From the NCBI RefSeq assembly GCF_004324835.1, contig NW_021163026.1:2099271-2163270 (forward strand): a DNA stretch of 64,000 nucleotides, given 5' to 3'. A model generated the notes under the pieces. The model made no database searches. It saw only the letters and a program-made list of their open reading frames with translations, and was not told where the DNA came from. A program made the position numbers and the translations under genes. The stretch comes from Dendronephthya gigantea. Taxonomy: Eukaryota. Each line of letters starts with the position of its first letter. Within the stretch, counting starts at the first letter, position 1. Shown here piece after piece: positions 59,518 to 64,000 of the stretch.

Positions 59518-62500
59518 TCACTCACATTTTACTTTAGCCAGCTCTGCGATCTGAACAGCTCTTGTCCTATTTTCTTTCCATCTTTCATTTTCTTGAACAT
59601 TCAAATCATTTCTATCGAGTGAATTTTGTAAAATGTCTGCATTCCTGCTGTTTAGTACCGCAGTTGAACGCCCGGAATTTGTACTCAAATGCGGGACACT
59701 CGTTCCGGCTGCTTGTCTGCAGCCTTCAGGAGCCTCGCGCACTCGTTCTGTCCATAAATTATCGCTCGTAGGAGTCGAATCATTGTAATGTGTCGTGTCT
59801 ACCATATCATTTGTTGCTATAGATAAATTGTCACTATGAGAGTCCTCCAACGTGATGCTGTATACCATGCTAGAAGATGATAGAGGACTGGACGCAAAAC
59901 AGCATCGAAAAACACTTCTGATTGAAGGAGAACAGCGACTTTCCGTTTTAATCCCATTTCCTTCTCGTTCTGAAAACACAACGTTGTCAAATTAGAGACC
60001 ATGAAAGTCTGTGAAACTTGAGGGGGGGGGGGGGGGTGAGGGTTACACAGTGAAATATTCCGTAGGCTTTAGTTGGGAGTCGATTAGTTCAACTACTTAC
60101 CGACAATATTTAGCATACACAGCGGGCACGTGTAATTCGTCAGTAACCAAGGATCGACGCATTTCAGGTGAAACTCGTGACCGCACGATACGATTCGGAT
60201 TTCCTGGAGACGATAAAATTACGGTTATTTATAGAATGGTGTGATATCTAATATCTCTGCTCTGGTTGTCTGGCTCAATGTGGGGGATTCATTCAAAGCA
60301 GAGAGAGAGGGCGTTTAAGAAAAAATAGAGGGACGATGAAGCATTTTTGTAAAAGATGTCCAGGGAATATGAAGTATTATAAATGAAAGAAGCTCTCACC
60401 TGTCCTTGCCGGAATGGCTCTAAACAAATGACGCAAGAAATGCCGACCACGGAACAAGAATGACTTCCTAACGCTCGATCATGTTGTTTCTCTTTCATTT
60501 TCTTCACCGTCTCAACTTCTCGTTTCTCTTCGTATTTCTTTGACTCCATCTTAGAGACGGCATCATACGCCATCTTTGCCAACGAAGACTGCAATTTAAA
60601 ATAGTAGTTGTAAATAAAATGCGGGGATAATCCGCGATGTTGGATTATTAAGAAGTTTTGCAAACATGAATGATTCTAAATTACCTCTTTCTTCGTCTGT
60701 TTCCACTTGATCTGGGTAGAAAAAAGGACGTACATTGGTAAACTGAGTGATCTCAGAATAGACGTTTAAAGATGATTTGTAAAAGCAATGGTGAGGGGAA
60801 TGACTCACCTTTAGGAGAAGTATGAAACATGTGATGGTGATTAGAATAAAACACGTCATGAATATAACCATATCAACATATTCACCAGAACTATCCTGAA
60901 ATGATAAATGTATGTAAATATTTGTTAATACTGCTCTCTATCTCTCTCTCTCTGCGAATATTATGCATTGCATTGTACAGCCTATGTCGGTCTAAAGGTA
61001 GCCGCCGTCACAATTTTACTTATGAGGGACGGGGAGAGCGGGGAGGGGACATCACTTCCCCCAGAGCACTGGGCGTGGCCCTTGACCAAAACTTCAACAT
61101 GCGACGCAAATTCATGTACAGCGGTCTAAACAAAATGGCGGATCATTCACCTGGATTTTAAATCGTAAACATTTTGTATTATTTATGTGGAAATTATTGT
61201 TGTTTCAAGTGATGTGCAGAAGGAAATTCAAAGTAAGTATACTTTCCTATATATACTTTGTATTTCTGGTGTAATATATCATAATGGAACTATAAATTTT
61301 CCATTAATTAACGGTTGAAAACAATTTAGTTAAAAAATTATTTTTTTAGTTTTTCGGTGATCAAATAGTTTTTGTACAACTACAATGGTCTAAATTATGT
61401 CAAAGTTTACTAAAACCAACCGTTGTTTGATTCATGCGTGGCTTCCACGATATACGAGCTTTTAAAACATTTTGCCTGGAAGGAATATGAAATATAAAAA
61501 TAGTTTACAGTCAATCATAATCTGACAAAACAAGTCGCATAGCCTGAGAGAAAACAAAAATGCAAGTGAAACGGCGTGTCATACCTTCTCACAATGGTCA
61601 TTAATTTACGAGCATGTTTCCCACTGATTATTATGACTGGTCGTTGTATCAGTGTTTTCTGGGAATTTAACTAAATAAGAAAATATAGCAAAGATGATTT
61701 ACCAGGGGTAATCTAAAGTATATCTTCAAGGTTTTAAAGTTAGAATGTAATATAGCCATATCATTCTCATATCATTCTCTATTGATTGACCTGGGTTTAT
61801 TCGGTATTTGTCTCTTGGTATTTTTTTAAATGCCAGAAAATTTACTAGGGGTACATTACAGTTTGTGTTAATGGGTTATAGATCTGTTCCTTCTGTCTAA
61901 CAGTCATTAAAACTTCTTAAAAAACTAAGTGATTCCTAGAGGACCTTAAATCATTTATAAGTATAATTTCCCCGACCAGCCCCAGTGTGGAAAGTTTGTA
62001 TAGTGCAAACCGAGATATTGGGCATGCAATTTTGATATCTTCAATATGTTCACTAGTATATTTTTTAAATCTCGTTTGCACAGTTTGCATACTTTCCAGT
62101 CAGGAACCAGCTAGCCATTGGACATGCTTTTGAAGGAATTTGATCTGGGGGAATTATATAAAATTACAAATTTCAATTTGTGACTGATTATTAAAGCATG
62201 TGTTGGTTTGAATAGGACCTTAGTAGATTATGCTTATCAATTGGAGGAATTAAATTATCTGAGCTATATTCAATAACAATAAAAATAAAGGATATTAAAC
62301 CAATGGCTGTGACTTCGTTTATGAAAATGCCTTCACAGACATTCCTTATTTCATACTAAGTATTTTGAATAAGATATTCACATTTTCTCTGAGATATTAG
62401 ACATGCAAATATTGACCAACATAAGTATTGGATGAATATTTTTTGAGACAATCCTTAGCATTAATCTTATTTCAGTCTTGGTTAGCTGTTGACAAGCATA

Positions 62501-63156
62501 TATAGTCCAGCCCATTTCATTTCTAATTAATTAAATCATGCCATGTTTTATGATCTAATTATAACTGTGAGATAACTGAAGATCAATTTATGAATTGAAA
62601 TTGACATTCTGCTGGTGCACCATGATTTATGAAGCATCCAAAGACATCATGTAATGATTACATGACATTCTCAAGTCAAATGCAGATGTTGAAGTGACAC
62701 CACACTGCTCTGGTCACTTCAAGATGCAAGAGCAGCGACAACATAGTTATCAAAATAATTTTATTTTTCATTCCAACTGCTGGTGCTAATTTAATGCCAC
62801 CTGTGGACTAGCAGACCAAACATACCTCAGCGGCTGCACCCGGACTGTCTGTCACATCAAATATCACAGCTTTGGCACCCTTTTTCACAGCACCTAATGC
62901 CTAAAACAAACGAATCGTCACTGCATTATAATGATTTGAGAAACGTTTGTACAAATAAAACAAAGTCATTTTCAGCTCAGACAAGGCCAGCTGTAGTTAA
63001 TTCTCAATGGTCTCCGTGTTTAATTCATACCTTTTGAACTGTGTCATTACATGATGGTGACTCCCTAGAGGGTACGGTCAGCTTGACCACGCCCACCCAC
63101 TCGTCATCGTAGAGGGACTCGCCATTTGATATATTGCATAAGCCAAACGGACTGAT
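59518..63156 (-). CDS. RNF13/Goliath-family E3 ubiquitin ligase (PA domain – TM – RING-H2). This is a partial gene model; the N-terminal and some middle exons are not located, and the gene probably continues upstream beyond the window end.
   Basis: Seven exons were located on the minus strand. The two PA-domain exons are 63156..63031 (...[39 protein letters not shown]) and 62900..62826 ([25 protein letters not shown]). The TM exon 60895..60809 encodes [21 protein letters not shown], and 60710..60684 encodes [13 protein letters not shown] part 1, 60588..60400, ends ...[17 protein letters not shown] part 2, 60203..60101, encodes [34 protein letters not shown]. The Ser/Thr-rich tail exon 59969..59518 runs to the stop. 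The 3' five exons total 858 nt with consistent phases. CxxC...CGHEFHxxCxxxW...CPLC is a RING-H2 signature. Confidence 0.6.
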
Positions 63157-64000
63157 CTAATTGCATGGGAAAACAGAATCAATAGTCAATTTGATTATTA
63201 GAAGTCCATTATCATTCATCTTCATTAAGGTGTTTTTTTGAGAAATCTGAATGTTCCAGATAGCCTCACGGCTATATCGTCTGTTTCTCGCGAGGGGTCA
63301 CGGCTGAGAGATACATTTTTGCCCTTGCAACCTACTTTAGAATACCTAAAGGAGATTTGTCCCCTGGACTGCATTTTGCTTTAGGATTAAACCTTGGTTA
63401 GGATAAAGATTAGACCGATATACATCATATACTCTGTTTAATTTCAACACTTTCCCTAGTCTGCCACCGAATGTTATTATGACATGTCAAAGGCCTCGAT
63501 CATTAGCTCAAGCGCTCTCCTGGATGAGTAAAATTTATCAGATTTATCCCTAATTTGTTCAAGTTAAATATGTTTATGATATCAGTTAAATGTCCCCTTT
63601 TTTAGAACTTCACGAATACTTCTCCTAACCCACAGTGTCTTTGCCCTTTGGTTTGGGACTTAGACAATCTCGCAGTTTCGAGAGACAATGATTTTATACA
63701 TCAGTAAAAACACAATGGAAAGTGCGGTCAAAAGGGAGACACGAAAACAGACTTTAATCGCACGGGCGTCGTGGAGACTGATTACCCTTATTCGCATCTC
63801 GGAATTGAAAAGAATTCAAAATCGGTGAGTCGAATTAAGATTTCAATAAAGTGTGTTGCCCTGATGCAATTTACGATAACGCGCGTGGGATTGAGGCGTC
63901 AGCAAACTCGTGACATTTGCGCGATATACATTCCTCCAATACTCGGATGTAATTGATGAATGAAGCAAAAATTACGCACATTTCAATGGAAAGGCTTCGA

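Overview
This window looks like a gene-dense stretch of a metazoan (marine-invertebrate-like, roughly 38% GC) genome with short introns. No rRNA, tRNA or CRISPR features were found.

Reading exon–intron structure directly from the sequence, with splice phases checked and CDS lengths divisible by 3, I can support these genes:
- A partial first exon of an unknown minus-strand gene (359..725).
- A 5-exon multi-pass membrane protein (902..2132, +).
- A tandem cluster of four intronless class-A (rhodopsin-like) GPCR paralogs at 4293..11213, one of them frameshifted.
- An intronless secreted PF00756-type (putative esterase, GxSxG) hydrolase with a eukaryotic signal peptide, embedded in the GPCR cluster (11758..13308, -).
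- A 12-exon Musashi-like tandem-RRM protein (18301..25074, +).
- A 16-exon major vault protein MVP (28616..34793, +).
- A 4-exon XBP1 bZIP gene on the minus strand (36918..40148). It carries a pair of IRE1-type stem-loops flanking a 20-nt unconventional intron, and a perfect ERSE (CCAAT-N9-CCACG) upstream.
- A 14-exon Pelota/Dom34 gene (41659..45449, +), divergent from XBP1.
- A 13-exon SAM + Ras-association + long coiled-coil protein (46825..53072, +).
- A 9-exon MPEG1/perforin-2 (MACPF) gene (54112..58293, -).
- The 3' half of an RNF13/Goliath-type PA–TM–RING-H2 E3 ligase, which continues upstream beyond the window end (59518..63156, -).

The non-coding sequence contains several repeat classes:
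- A dispersed ~113-bp tandem (satellite-like) repeat family in introns of three genes.
- Several MITE-like terminal-inverted-repeat (TIR) elements.
- An almost perfect ~215-bp palindrome in a Pelota intron.
- Nested inverted repeats.
- Intronic minisatellites.
- A highly structured region with Pol III box-A/B-like motifs inside an MVP intron.

The ORF track evidently reports alternative start codons (TTG etc.) as M, so its start coordinates were not trusted.
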